Shown here piece by piece: positions 36,255 to 49,520 of a stretch of DNA of 64,000 bases (positions are counted from its first letter, which is position 1; every line of letters starts with the position of its first letter). The position numbers and the translations under genes are program-made. Origin of the DNA: Chiloscyllium plagiosum (taxonomy: Eukaryota); the NCBI RefSeq assembly GCF_004010195.1, contig NC_057719.1, positions 65,475,634-65,539,633 on the forward strand, given 5' to 3'. The notes beneath the pieces were generated by a model that saw only the letters and a program-made list of their open reading frames with translations, had not been told where the DNA came from and did no database searches.

Positions 36255-38200
36255 TATAGTTTCTTCAGGTGAGAAGGGGGTGAGGGGATGCAAAAGAGGA
36301 ATTGGTGGTCACAATATTAATCAAGAAGTCAATTACTGTAATAAGGATGAATGGTAACTTGGAAGGTGCCTCAAATGAGGCCATATCAGTAGAATTTAAA
36401 AACAAAAAAGAAGCAATAATTATTTTTGTGGATGAACTACAGACTCTGCATAGACAGGGAGTAATAGAAAGACTGATGTGTAGGAAAATCTCCAAAGTGC
36501 AAACATAATAAGTTGCTAGTAAGAGGGGATTTCAACTACCTCAATATTAACTGCGATAAAGAAAGTGTGAAAGGCTTAGAGAGGGCAGAATTCTGAAAAT
36601 GTGTCCAGGAGAGCTTTTTAATCCAGTATGTAGAAAGCCTTTCGGAGAGGGGGCAGTGCTGGACCTAATTTTAGGGAACAAAGCCAGGCAGGTGGTAATG
36701 TATCAGTGGGGGAGCATTTTGGTAATAGTGACCATAATTCAATAAGATTTAAGGTAATTATTGATTGAGGACAAAGATGGATTGGAACTAAAGGATCTAA
36801 ATTAGGGGAGGCCAATTTTAAGAAGTTAAGACAGAATCTGGCCAAAGTGGGCTGCGAGTGGCTACAAGTGGGAAAACCTACAACAGAGCAGTGGGAGACA
36901 TTCAAAAAGATAATAGTGAGACTGCAGGGCTAACATGTCCCTGTAAAAGTGAAGAATGGGGTGAACACTGGATGGCAGGGGAGGTACAAGACTGGATAAG
37001 GGGGGAGAAAGGAAGTTTATGATAGATATTGAGGGGTAAGCCAGAAAAATACAGGCCAGTGAGCCTAATGTCAGTGGTAGGGAAATTATTGGAAAAAGGT
37101 TTGAAGGATAGAATCAATCTTCGCTTGGAGAGGCAAGGATTAATCAAGAATATTTATAATTGTGTTGTCAGGGCAGATCTTGTATTCAAATTTGATTAAA
37201 CTTTTCAAGGAGGTAACTGAGTGTGTTGATGAGAGTCATACAATTCAGTATGACTTCAGGACTTCAGTATGACTTCAGGACTTCAGTAAGACTTTTGGCA
37301 AGCTGTCACATGGCAGAATGGTTAAAGAGCCATCTCATGGGATATGACCTGCAAAGACAATAGGAGACTGTTGACTCCCAGGCCCTCTGCTCAATGATAC
37401 CTCTTTGACTCCTAATGTTGGCCTGTTCCAGAGACTCTACAAATATTTATGGATTTCCAGCCTTAGTTGCAATTTCATGGCTTCATCTACTTGGCATTAG
37501 AGGCTGCACTGAATTGGGACAAATTGGATTCAAAATTAGTTTAGTGGCAGGAAGCAGACAGTGGTGGGTATTTTTGTGACTGGAAGCCTGTGTCCAGTCG
37601 TATACAATAGGGTTTAGTCTGATACATGGTGAGGATAAAAAGGCAGAATGATTGGCTCAGTGATTACCACTGCTGCCTCACAGAGCCAGGGACCCGGGTT
37701 CAATTCCAGCCTTGGGCAACTGTGTGTGGATTTTGCATGTTCTCCCTGTGTCTGAGTGGGTTTCCTCCCCCACTCCAAAGATGTGTTAGATGGATTTGCC
37801 ATTCTCAAATTGTATGTAGTGATCGGGGATGAGAAGATTAGGTAGATTTACCAGGGTAGAAATGGGGTTACAGGATACGGTGGGGAGCCTGGTCTCTGTG
37901 GGATGCTCACTGGAGGGTGGGTATGGACTCGGGCCAAATGGCCTCTTTCCACACTGTAGGGATTCTTAGATTACAGGACAATATACACAGTCTAGTTAGG
38001 TGGGCTGAACAACAGTAAATGGAATTTAATCCTGAAATCTGTGACATTATATTTTGGGGGATTGACAAGACAAGGGACCTAGGAGATACAGAGGATCAGA
38101 GGAACCTTGATGTGAATGTTCAAGGAAGCAGGACAGATGGATAAGATAGTTAAGTTGCACATGGCATACTTGTCTTTATTAGGCAAGGCATTGAATATGA
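36255..38200 (+). mobile_element. Degraded CR1 LINE (endonuclease to RT), resuming at ~40580-40850 after nested insertions
   Basis: APE-domain relics 'ggggatttcaactacc' (GDFNY) and 'ggtaatagtgaccataat' (GNSDHN); RT 'YRPVSLMSVVGKLLE'. Confidence 0.85.
37648..37967 (+). mobile_element. HE1-like SINE (diverged)
   Basis: cactgctgcctcacag..gggttcaattccagcc head and CR1-like tail. Confidence 0.85.
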
Positions 38201-38201
38201 G

Positions 38202-39600
38202 AACATAAGAACTAGGAGTAGGAGTAGGCTGTTCAGCCCTTCGAGCCTGCTCTGTCACTCAATAAGATTGTGGCTGAACTTTTTGGGGACTCGGCTTCAC
38301 TTTCCCGCGTTTTCACCATATCCCTTAATTCCTTTACTTTTTAAAGAGTATCAACCTTAACTTTAAAAGTGATTACTGAAATGGCGTCAACTACTTCCTT
38401 GGGCAAGGAATTCCACAGATTAATAACCCTCTGGGTGAAGAAGTTCCTTCTCAGTTCACTTCTAAACCTGCTTCCTCTAATCTTGAGGCCATGCCCTCTT
38501 GTCCTAGTCTCACCCACCAGTGAAAACATTCTGTCTATTTCTATTTTATTGATTCCCTTCATCATTTTCTATGTTTCTATAAGATCCCCTCTCATTCTTC
38601 TGAATTCCATTGAATATAATCTCAGTCTACTCAGTTTCTCCTCATAAGCCAACCCTTACAACTTTGGAATTAAACTAGTGAACCTCCTCTGCACTCCCTC
38701 CAGTGCCTGAACATCCTTTCTTAAGAAAGGAGACCAAAACTACACACTGTACTCCAGGTGTAGCCTCACCAGCACCTTATACAGCTGTAACATTATCTCC
38801 CTGCTTTTAAACGCAACCCCTTTAGCAATGAAGGACAAAATTCCATTTGTCTTCTTAATTACTTGTTGTACCTACAGCCCAACCTTCTGCGAATCATTCA
38901 CAAGGACACCCAGGACCCTCTACATATTACCGCCAGTTCACCTGTTATTTCTCATGTCATCTCTTTTAGTGCCCTGGGATGCATTCCATCAGGGCCAGAA
39001 GACTTATCTATCCTTAGTTCCATTAGCTTACCCAACACTAACTCTTCCGTAATAATAATTGTTTCCAGGTCCGCACCTACCTTCGCCTCTTCGTCACTCA
39101 CTGGCATATTATTAGTGTCCTCCACTGTGAAAACCGATGCAAAGTACCTGTTCAATGCCTCAGCCATTTCATCCTATCCCATAACTGACTGCCCCTTCTC
39201 ACCTCTAAAGGACAAACATTTAATTTAGCCACTCTTCTTTGTTTTATATACTTATTGAAACATTTGCTATCTGTCTTTATATTCTGTGTTAGTTTTTTTC
39301 TCATACTCTATCTACTTTTCTTTATAGCTCTTTTTGTGGTTTTCTGTTGACCTTTAAAGTTTTCCCAATCTTCTAGATTTCTGCTGTTTTTGGCCACTTT
39401 TTATGCCTTTTCTTCCACTTTGATAGCCTGCCTTATTTCCTTAGACACCCATGGCAGGTTACCCCACCTCTTACAGTCCTTCCTTCTCAACGGAATATAC
39501 TTTTGCTGAGCACTTTGAAACATTTCTTTGAAGGTCCGCCACTGCACCACCATAAAGTGTCTGTTTCCAGTCTACTTTAGCTCAGTCCTCCCTCATTTTA
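38202..39600 (-). mobile_element. CR1 LINE (second family), internally deleted, with 3' end
   Basis: ORFs 38952..39167 (LNRYFASVFT...DKSSGPDGMHPRALKE) and 38341..38565. Confidence 0.92.
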
Positions 39601-39631
39601 TCATAAGAGCAAAGAAATTATGAGAGAGCTC

Positions 39632-40580
39632 ATTTGTCATTTATATAAATTATTATTTGGATATGAACATAAGAGGTATAGTTAGTAAGTTTGCAGATCA
39701 ATCTAAAATTAGAGGTGTAGTGGACATCAAAGAAGGTTACCTCTAAGTACGATAGGATCTTGATCAGGTGGGCCAATGGCAGATGTAGTTTAATTTAGAT
39801 AAATGCGAGGTACTGCATTTTGGAAAGGCAAATCAGGGGAGGACTTACACACTTAATGATAATGTCCTGGGGAGTGTTGCTGAACAAAGAGACTTTGGAG
39901 AGCAGGTTCATAGTTCCTTAAAAGTAGAGTAGCAGGTAGACATATAGTGAAGGAGGCATTTTGCTTGCTTCCCTTTATTGGTTGGCGCATTGAGCATAGG
40001 AGTTGGGAGATCATGTTGCGGCTGTACGGGACATTGGTTCAGCTACTTTTGAAATACTGCATTCAGTTCTGGTTTCCCTGCTGTAGGAAAGGTGTTGTTA
40101 AATTTGAAAGAGGTTCAGAAAAGATTTTTAAGGATGTTGCCAAGGTTGTAGGGTTTGAGCTACAGAGATTGGCTGAGGCTGGTTTTCCCTGGAGCATCGG
40201 AGGCAGAAGGGTGACCTTATAAAGGTTTATAAAATCATGAGGGGCATGGATAGAGTAAATAGATGAGGTCTTTTCACCAGGGTGGGGGACTCCAAAACTA
40301 GAGGGCATAGATTTGAGGGGAAAGATTTAAAAGAGACCTAAGGGACAACTTTTTCATGCAGAGGATGGTGCTTGTATGGAATGAGCTGCCAGAAGAGTTG
40401 GTGGAGGCTGTTTTTTTTTAAAGGCATCTGTATGGGTTTGTGAATAGGAAGGGTTTAGAGGGATATGGGCCAAATGCCAGCAAATGGGACTAGGTTAATT
40501 TAGAATATCTGGTAAGCATGGATGGGTTGGACCAAAAGGTCCGTTTCCATCCTGTATACCTCTATCTCTATGATTCTATG
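39632..40580 (+). mobile_element. CR1 LINE 3' fragment with 3' terminus
   Basis: Collinear with 1975-2952; ends ctctatgattctatg. Confidence 0.93.
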
Positions 40581-41039
40581 AGCTACATATAACAATTAGT
40601 TAGGCCACCATTGGTGCACTGTGTGCAATTCTGAGCACTGCACTATAGGAAGGATGTGGTTGCACTACCAAAGGTGCGAAGGGGAAGTGAGGAAAAGGTT
40701 TCTCACTTAGAGTATAGTAGGTATCCGGAGCTCACTGTCTAAAAGTGTGATTGATGCAGGAACCCTCAAGACATTTAAGAAATATTTATATGAGCGCATG
40801 AAATGTCATGGCATACAAGCTTTAGGTCAAGTGCTGGTAAATGGGATGAGGGTAAGTAGTAGATCTTCACCCTCCTACACCGTTCCATAGTCACCAACTA
40901 TGTACACTTTCTGAGACTGAGCTAGATAGTGTTTGTAAACTGTAAGTGTTCTTTGAGCCTGTATTGAGTTCCTGACTCTATTGTTGTAGTATTGGCCATG
41001 TTATATACTGCATGAAACTTGAAAGAACTGTGAATTAGA

Positions 41040-41202
41040 AGCAAAACAGAAGTTGCTGGAAAAACTCAGCAGGTCTGGCAGCATCTGTGAAGAGATATTA
41101 AGGATTCTGAGGAAGGGTCACCGGACCCGAAATGTTAACTCTGATTTCTCTTTACAGATGCTGCCAGACCTGCTGAGCTCTTTGAGCGACTCCTGTTTTT
41201 GT
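41040..41202. mobile_element. Fold-back Penelope-like element with hammerhead motif at 41103-41140(+)
   Basis: Inverted arms ctcagcaggtctggcagcatctg / cagatgctgccagacctgctgag; ctgagga-a-gggtc-accg-gaccc-gaa-atgt-t-aact. Confidence 0.82.
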
Positions 41203-41355
41203 TATACACTGCAGGGGCTCACTTGCTGCTGAAAATACCATCCATGCTTTTGTCAATCCTTTGACTTTGTCATTGCTACCTTTCCTGACCTCATCTTCCA
41301 CCCATAACCTGACTTTATACCAGGTCCAACTCACTCCTGTACTCACTGACCTTCT

Positions 41356-41628
41356 AGATTAGACCAGTCCACACCGAACTTCTGAAGAGTAACCCACCCA
41401 GACCCATTTCCCTCCAACTAATGCACCTAACACTATGGGCAATTTAACATGGTCAATTCACCTGAATTGCACATCTTTGGACTGTGGGAGGAAACCGGAG
41501 CATCCGGAAACCCACGCAGACGCGGGGAGAAAGTGCAAACTCCACACAGACAGTCACCCGAGGCTGGAATCGAACCTGGGACCTTGGTGCTGTGAGGCAG
41601 CAGTGCTAACCACTGAGCCACCGTGCCA
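41356..41628 (-). mobile_element. HE1-like SINE
   Basis: Head tggcacggtggctcagtggttagcactgc on the minus strand. Confidence 0.9.
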
Positions 41629-42150
41629 CACCTTCACATGTTCTTGGCCTAGAAACACCTTTTGCAATAAAATTCTTATATTTGTTTTCAAATCTCTCAT
41701 TGACCTCACCGTATCTCTATAACCTCTTTCAGTCCTAAATCTCTGACATATCTGTGCTCTTCCAATTCATGAAAACTCCAATTTACTGCACCCAATCATT
41801 GGTGGCAATGCCTTTAATGGTTTTGGCCCTAAGCTATATAATTCCTTCTCCCAACCTTTTCTGTACCTCCATCTCTCCCTTCTTTTTTTAACATATTCCT
41901 TAAAATCTAGTTTTGAAATTAAGCTTTTGGTCACCTAACAAGTTCTAACATCTGCTATATGTGAAATTTTACCAGATAACATTGCTGTGAAGTGCTTAAA
42001 GATATTTCGCTACTTTAAAGCTGCTAAATAAGTGCAAATTACTGTTATTGTACTTCGTAGCTATGATAAATCTTCTTTTCATTCTATTTCAGTGAACAAA
42101 ATGCCAAAAATGTTTAATTTGAAGGCTTTTACTATATCTTTGTTTACTAA

Positions 42151-42365
42151 TGATTTGGAGGTGCCAGTGTTGGACTGGGGTGTACAAAGCTAAAAAGCAC
42201 AGAACATCAGGTATTGTCCAATCGGTTTATTTGGAAGCACTAGCTTTTGGAGCGCTGCTCCTTCATCAGGTGACTGTCAACCTGATGAAGGAGCAGTGTT
42301 TTGAAAGCAAGTGCTTCTAACTAAACCTGTTGGACTATAATGTGGTGTTGTGTGATTTTTAACCC
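42151..42365. mobile_element. Fold-back Penelope-like element with two opposed AGCU-type hammerhead motifs, 10-bp TSD
   Basis: TSD tgtttactaa at 42141-42150 and 42366-42375; minus 42238-42272 reads CAC-CUGAUGA-A-GGAGC-AGC-GCUCC-AAA-AGCU-A-GUG. Confidence 0.87.
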
Positions 42366-42439
42366 TGTTTACTAAGCATTACAACTCTACGTCCTGCAGT
42401 TTTTAGCAGAGGATTATTTTCACAAAACAACTGTTCTAA

Positions 42440-42585
42440 ATGGCCACAAAAACAGAAATTGCTGGAGAAATATTGCAGCATATGCAGGGAGAAACAGTTA
42501 ACATTTTGAGTCCAGTGATTATTTGTCTGAACTGGATTTCTGTTTTTGTTTTAGGTCTCCAGCATCCGCAGTTGTTTGTTTTATG
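42440..42585. mobile_element. Degraded fold-back Penelope-like element
   Basis: aaaaacagaaattgctgga ... atttctgtttttgttttaggtctccagcatc. Confidence 0.55.
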
Positions 42586-44094
42586 TTTGTTCGAAATTGA
42601 CAGTTCTGTCACAAGTAGTAGCACAGATATCATGGGATGTAGTCAGCACAAGAAAAACTCTGGGCTTTGCATGTTTCCTCAAAGGTTGACAAAGTGATGA
42701 CTTGATAAGATGAAGACAGGTTAAATATGCAACATTAAACTAATGTATTTCCCAGCAGGTGAACGTGCAATACTATAAATCATAACCTCAGTTATTAAAA
42801 TTACTCTTTGTGTAATAATACAATATTCCTTCTGGATAGAATGTATTTCTAACTTTCAAGATCAGAATCAAAATTAAGTTGGACTTTTTGAAATTGACTT
42901 TAAAATGTGGATAATGTTGCAAAGATGGACACCAAAGCATCAGGTGACCTTCTGTGATTTCTGCACAAAGGATCAGTTCATATCAGAGCTTTCTTCTGAA
43001 GAAGAAATGACTGTGCATGAAGTGCCCTCTTTCTGAATAGGCATGCAGGGAACCAAACCATTTTTGGAAAGTCTGTTCACCAAAGTTCAAGATCAGTGGC
43101 TTGATCCCTAACAAAGAGAGGTGCAGTGAAATCAATTTAATACAAGTAGGTGTGAACAGCCAACCTCATTGTGTTACGATGCTTTTAATTGCAATTCATT
43201 TTGTGTGATCAATAGAAACATTGAAGAAATGGTTACACAACTGATAATCTAGCTGCATGCTTTGTTCTCTAGAAGCAATCATTACTTGTGTTAATGTGTC
43301 TGTGAGGAAATGAGCCTGTGCCTTTTTTTGACTTACCCAAGTATCTCTTCTTCTGGTTAAAGCCAGCCCGAAAGCCCGCACTGAGTCTTATTAAAAGCCA
43401 CACCACCCACAAAGGGCTTTTAACAACACTCCCTCTAAACCACACTTTGTGGAGACCAACCGAGTGATGAGGACAAAGAAGAAAACTTCTCCCACCTCTA
43501 TCTCTCCCTGTCTGTAACATGCCAAATAATGAACATGCAATGCTTGCTCTGGAATCCAATCCTTTTGAATATCTTCAAAATGTTCATGACGACATTTGAG
43601 TACAGTCATTGTGAAAACGGTTGCAATGTTTCACGAAGCCTCTGCCATTCTGTTGTTTCTTACGAAAAATCTAATGATTGGGTTTTGTAATTCACCACTG
43701 GGAGCTGGCAGGAAGTTCAGATAACACTGGGAATGAAAGAGGTGTGTCCTCTGGGATAGTCCGCCTCCGGTTCCACCTACTCTATCAGACAGAATTAAGA
43801 AACTTTATGTAAGGAGCTGATGTCATTATTTGGTCAATGTCCAACGCAGCTGTAACAACGAAAGAGGACATTTGTCCAGCACAGTGTTTTCTGGCACAGA
43901 CCTTAAACAGAAATCTGGAGGAATTCTCACAAATCATAACGAAGCAACATAGTGATACCTCGCAACATCGCATGATATACTGAGTTTGCAATATCATTGG
44001 CTCAAACGTGTCTGCTTCTTCTTTCAATAACCCACATTTGAGAGATCCATTCTATGCACAGATTAAAATTTTCATAATTTTGGGTAGGTCAAAT

Positions 44095-44340
44095 TCTGTG
44101 CATTCCGCTGCTCACAATGAGGTCTCCAGTACTTTGGGACGACCGAGCACACCACATGCCCATCTGCAGGCATGACCCTGGTCATTTGGTTTCTTTTCAT
44201 TTTAACTCTTCACCTTGTTTACATGCTGACCACTCAGCCTTCTGCAGTGTTCTGATTAAGCTCAATGCAAGCCCAAGGAAAACACCTTATCTTTCAACTC
44301 ATCACTCTACAGCCTTCTGCACTCGACATTGACAACAGCC
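44095..44340 (+). mobile_element. Penelope-like GIY-YIG endonuclease relic
   Basis: Decayed 'CIP/RCSQ*GLQYFG...ICRHDPGHLVSFHFNSSPCLHAD...HLIFQLITLQPSALDID'. Confidence 0.7.
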
Positions 44341-44708
44341 TTACATCATAAATTTTTGCCTCCATCTTATTCTATGTGTCTTTGTTCCTTTCCCTTTCTT
44401 TTGTTGGATTGTTCATCATTTTGTTTCTTACTTCAGCCTTATTGTCTTTCAGATGGTTTGATGTAGCTATCTAAGCTTCATTTGACAGAACCCTCATTTG
44501 TTTTGCTGTATTCAGATGGCCAGGAAAACAACCCTTTAAGCAATGGGTCATCCTGACTTAACATTGCCATTCTTCATTATTGCTAGTTAAGTGTTGGAAT
44601 TCTCTTCCTAGCAGCACTGTGGGTGTACTTACATGGCAGGCCCTCCTGAAGGTAGCTCACTGATCCTCTTTCAAGTGTTATTAGGGGAGGCCAACAAATT
44701 CTGGCCTG

Positions 44709-44988
44709 GATTAGATTCCCTTCAGTGTGGAAACAAGCCCTTCAGCCCAACCAGTCCACACCGACCCTCTGAAGGGTAACCCACCCAGACCCATTTCCCC
44801 TCTGACTAATGTACCTAACACTACGGGCAATTTAGCATGGCCAATTCACATGACCTGCACATCTTTGGACTGTGGGAGGAAACCAGAGCACCCGGAGGAA
44901 ACCCTCACAGACAGTCGCCCGTGGCTGGAATCAAACCTGGGACCCTGCTACTGTGAGGCAGCAGTGCTAACCATTGAACCACCGTGCT
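44709..44988 (-). mobile_element. HE1-like SINE
   Basis: Same head and tail as other copies. Confidence 0.9.
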
Positions 44989-47134
44989 GTCTAGCATTGA
45001 ATCCATGAGACAATAAATGTGAATATGAACATTTGTTTGACATTCAGTTGTCAAGTGTAATTCACATTTGACAACTTTGTTCTAAATTCTGTAACTGAGG
45101 ATTGTAACTAGGTACTCTGTATCTAAGATGTTGCCAGGTGTTGGTAACATTGTTACACCGTAGCTTTTCTTTATTTTAAAAAATATACTTTATTCATAAA
45201 TTTATTTATGTATATTTGTCACAAATGTAGTTCAGTTTGTACAGTAGCATATCAAGTAAACAAACAAACATTTAAGTTTGACTCTATCCCAACAAACCAA
45301 AGGCATCGCTTACCATTTCAAATGGTATGTTTAAATGGATCGAGACACAGGGAGGGTCCAATAACTCTTATAACTGAAGAAGCTATACCTAGGTACCTTT
45401 TGTACCTAAGATGGCTCTTTAAGTGGCGACTTAAACTTTTCACTATACTCATTAGAGTACATGTGACAATAAAGCTAATTTTAATTCTAGTAGTTTTTTT
45501 TTGGAAAAGCTCTTCTGACTTCAGTGTTTCCCACTTTATTCAACAATCTGCACAGAAACTAAGTACTCGTTTCACCAAAAATATTCCCCCTTTAGGTTGC
45601 TAATTAATCCAGTAACATTGTAACTCTGTGAAGGCTGTCTCATCTTAAAATGGCACATTCGTTCAACATGTCCATATTCCTAGAGATTGAAGCATTAAGC
45701 CAAATAGATAACCTATTTAACATTATTGTGGTCAGAAGGTTTCAAGTGACAAAAATTGAATTTTAAATGATGAATTAATCGATGAAAATCCACCAAATGA
45801 CTAATGAATAAAAAAAACCTTATAGATGATGTAAGGAGATGTTTATTTCCTTCAAGACATTAATATGGAATGACTCACGTACTTGTGCAAGGCACAGATA
45901 AGGCAGCGGGAAGTCAAGATTAGAATCAATTATGTTGTAACACAGCAGGCATTTTGATCATTTTGTCTAAATTTTTAAAATGGCAAAAAGAAATGAGCTG
46001 AACCCAGCCATTATTAGACCTTATAATTCTGTGTTATTTCCAGAGGTACATAAATCTAAATGGCTAGTTTTTTGCAAGTGGACAGTTAGAATGAGAAATT
46101 GTGGGCTCGAAGGGTGGGCAGGAGTGCAGATTCATCTATCATCTTCTTGAATGGCAGAGTAGGCTTGAGGGGTCAAATAGTCCTTGTTTGTCTGTAAGGA
46201 CTTGGACAGATACCATCAAGATAAGATTGGTGAAAGTAATTAGTTTGTATAATTAAAGCTAAATGATTTGGATATAAACCAGAACATACTTTTCTCCAAA
46301 AAAGGACAATGGAAAATCGGAATCTGCTTCTCCAAGACTTCGGATACTGAGGCAATTAAGATTGTCAAGTCTTAGGTCAAAGGATTTTATCTTAGATCGA
46401 AGTATTAATGGATGTGAAGCAGAACTGAGGTGCAGATCCATCATGATCCACTGAATAGCCTACGAAGCTGACTGACATACTTTCGCTGTTAAGTTTTCTA
46501 ATATACAAGAATCAATGTTCTTTAGCTATCAAGTTTCATTTATACTGAGTTCATAAATGCATGTGTTATGCTGATTCTCCACTACAGCTTGTCACTGTCA
46601 ATCAGTCTGACTTCCTTTAATATTTCAGTTTAACTATGCAAAATGAGTGGAATGAAGTGCAGCACTATTGTCTGTGAAACGAAACCAAGAAAATAAAAAA
46701 AAGGACCAATTTTAACAGTGATGGGGACATGACTAGATGTTGGTGATAACATTGGCATTACTTCCAGGAGGGAATTAAAAGGGCAGCAGTTACTCCTGGA
46801 ATAATGCAAGTGGATTGAGCAAATTAAACCAGGAAATAAGCTATCGTAATGCAATGTTCATGTGTGTCAGTATTCACCTGCTTCACCAAAGCAGAGGTAA
46901 TAAATGCTGCTGTGCAATGATTGAAGGTTGGTTCCTAAATTTCAATCGCGCTCTGTAGAACTCTGAATTTAAACATGTATTTAAAAACAATCTCAAGCCA
47001 TTGGACCAACTCTTTCTACAGACCAACATTTCATCACACCACTTCAAAACTGTAGCTGTACAGACCTATGGGATATCCTGAGATTGTGAATGACCCTTTA
47101 TTAATATAAGTCTTTCCTTGTTAATAAAGGGTGC

Positions 47135-47750
47135 CCCATTATTATACTATAAGAGGTTACAGCTGAACTTGTATGAGACACTTGTTTGACCTCAGTTGGA
47201 GTATTGTGTGCAGTTCTAGGCACCACACCAAAGGAAGAATGTGAAAGCATTGGAGGCAGTGCAGAAGTGATCTATAAGAATGGTTCCAGCAATGAGAAAC
47301 TTTAATTATGAGAATAGACTGGAGGGATTGGGATTCTCTGCCTTAGGGAGAAGAAGCTGAAGGGGATGTCTGAAAGATTTCAAAATTATGGCGCTGTTGG
47401 ATAAAGTAGATAAGGAGAGAAACTTTCCCCGCTCATGAAAGGATCAAGAAACATACAGCAGAGAATTCAAGTGAATTGAAAAGGAAGAAAATGTGATGTG
47501 AGGAAAAAAAATGTTCACACAATGGTGGTTTGGATCTGGAACATACCGCTGGGGGTGTGTGGTGGAGGCAGGTTTAATTGAGGCATTCAAGAGGGCATTG
47601 GATGATTATTAAAGTAGAAACACTGTACAAGGGGATGGAGAAAGGCAGGAGAAGGGCACAAACTGTGATACTTATGTGGAGTGCTAATGCAGACTTGATG
47701 GTCCAAATGGCCTCCTTCTGTGCTGTTGTGCTTTTGCAATTCTGTGATTC
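47135..47750 (+). mobile_element. Older CR1 LINE 3' fragment
   Basis: 'cctcagttggagtattgtgtgcagttc' (PQLEYCVQF); tail gtccaaatggcctccttctgtgctg. Confidence 0.8.
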
Positions 47751-47975
47751 TGTCTGTCTAATATGCTAATGAGAAACAGTCACAGTCTTCCATATACAAG
47801 AGGGTAATAAAATACTTCATCCCAAAAAAATACCATTGTCAAATGGGTTACTTTCAATATGTATACCCAGTGACAAGGGGAATTATTCGCAATTTTATCA
47901 ATGGTCTCTTACAGTTTGCAGAGAACAGAGATAGGGCAGCTTGAAAGATGATGTGACAAGGAACACAATTGCTGT

Positions 47976-48385
47976 TAGAGTCATAGAGATGAATAGCATG
48001 GAAACAGACCCTTCGGTCCAACTCGTCCATGCCAAACAGATAATCTAAGTTAATCTAGTTTCATTTGCCACGATTTGGCCCATATCCCTCTAAACCCATC
48101 CTAATCATGTACCCATCCCAATACCTCTCAAATGTTGTAATTGTGCCAGCCTCCATCACTTCCTCTGGCAGCTCATTCCATATATGCACCACCATTTGCA
48201 TGAAAAAGTTGCCCGTTAGGTCCCTTTTAAATTGTTCCCCTCTCACCTTAAACCTATGCCCTCTAGTTTTGCACTCTGCTACCCCGGGGAAAAGAACTTG
48301 GCTCTTCACCGTATCTATGCCCCTCCATGATTTTATAAACCTCTATAAGCTCACCCTTCAGCCTGCAACATTCCGGCGAACATAG
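47976..48385 (-). mobile_element. CR1 LINE 3' end
   Basis: ORF 48061..48309; terminal tagagtcatagaga. Confidence 0.92.
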
Positions 48386-48471
48386 CCCGATGAAACAATA
48401 ACTGACCACCAGCAGTTGAGGACAACTTTAACAAAGGCAATTCAACTGAGCAAGCAAGCTGAGGCCAGGAA

Positions 48472-49520
48472 GCAGATTACAACGGGAGCTTGATCAGATG
48501 GGCCAATGGGCTGAGAAGTGGCAGTTGGAGTTTAATTTAGATAAATGTGAGGTGCTGCATTTTGGGAAAGCAAATTATAGCAGGACTTATACACTTAATG
48601 GTAAGGTGCTCTGGAGTGTTGCTGAACAAAGAGACCTTGGAGTGCAAATTCATAGCCCCTTGAACGTGCAGTCGAAGGTAGATAGGATAGTGAAGAAGGC
48701 GTTTGGTATGCTTTCCTTTATTGGTCAGAGTATTGAGTACAGGCCTTGGGAGGTCATGTTGCGGCTGTACAGGACATTGGTTAGGCCACTGATAGAATAT
48801 TGCATGCAATTAGTGGGCGACACGGTGGCACAGTGGTTAGCACTGCTGTCTCACAGCGCCAGAGACCCAGGTTCAATTCCCGCCTCAGGCGACTAACTGT
48901 GTGGAGTTTGCACGTTCTCCCCGTGTCTGCGTGGGTTTCCTCCGGGTGCTCCTGTTTCCTCTCACAGTCCTGTTGGGCCGAAGGGCCTGTTTCCACACTG
49001 TAATGTAATCTAATCTAATGTAATCTAAAATCTAAATCAATTCTGGTCTCCTTCCTTTCAGAAGGATGTTGTGAAACTTGAAAGGGTTCAGAAAAGATTT
49101 ACAAGGATGTTGCCAGGGTTGGAGGATTTGAGCTATTGGGAAAGATTGAGTAGGCTGGGGCTGTTTTCCCTGGAGCATCAGAGGCTGAGGGGTGGCGTTA
49201 TAGAGGTTTATAAAATCATGAGGGGCATGGATAGGATAAATAGACAAAGTATTTTCCCTGGGTTGGGGAGTCCAGAATTAGAGGGCATAGGTTTAGCAGA
49301 AGGTGGTACGTGTATGAAATGACCTGCCAGAGGAAGTGGTGGAGGCTGGTACAATTGCAACATTTAAAAGGCATCTGGATGGGTATATGAATAGGAAGGG
49401 TTTGGAGGGATACGGGCCAGGTGCTGGCAGGTGGGACTCGATTGGGTTGGGATAGCTGGTCGGCATGGATGGGTTGGACCGAAGGGTCTGTTTCCGTGCT
49501 GTACATCTCTATGACTCTAT
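48472..49520 (+). mobile_element. CR1 LINE 3' fragment interrupted by an HE1-like SINE
   Basis: ORFs 48498 (WAEKWQLEFNLDKCEVLHFG) and 49071. Confidence 0.93.
48812..49035 (+). mobile_element. HE1-like SINE, internally deleted, (taatc)n tail
   Basis: Head joined to tail; caatt duplicated at both junctions. Confidence 0.9.

Noticed and set aside
37244..37292. 19-bp tandem repeat, about 2.5 copies, superficially array-like
   Set aside because: Slippage duplication inside a CR1 relic; no spacers, so not CRISPR-like
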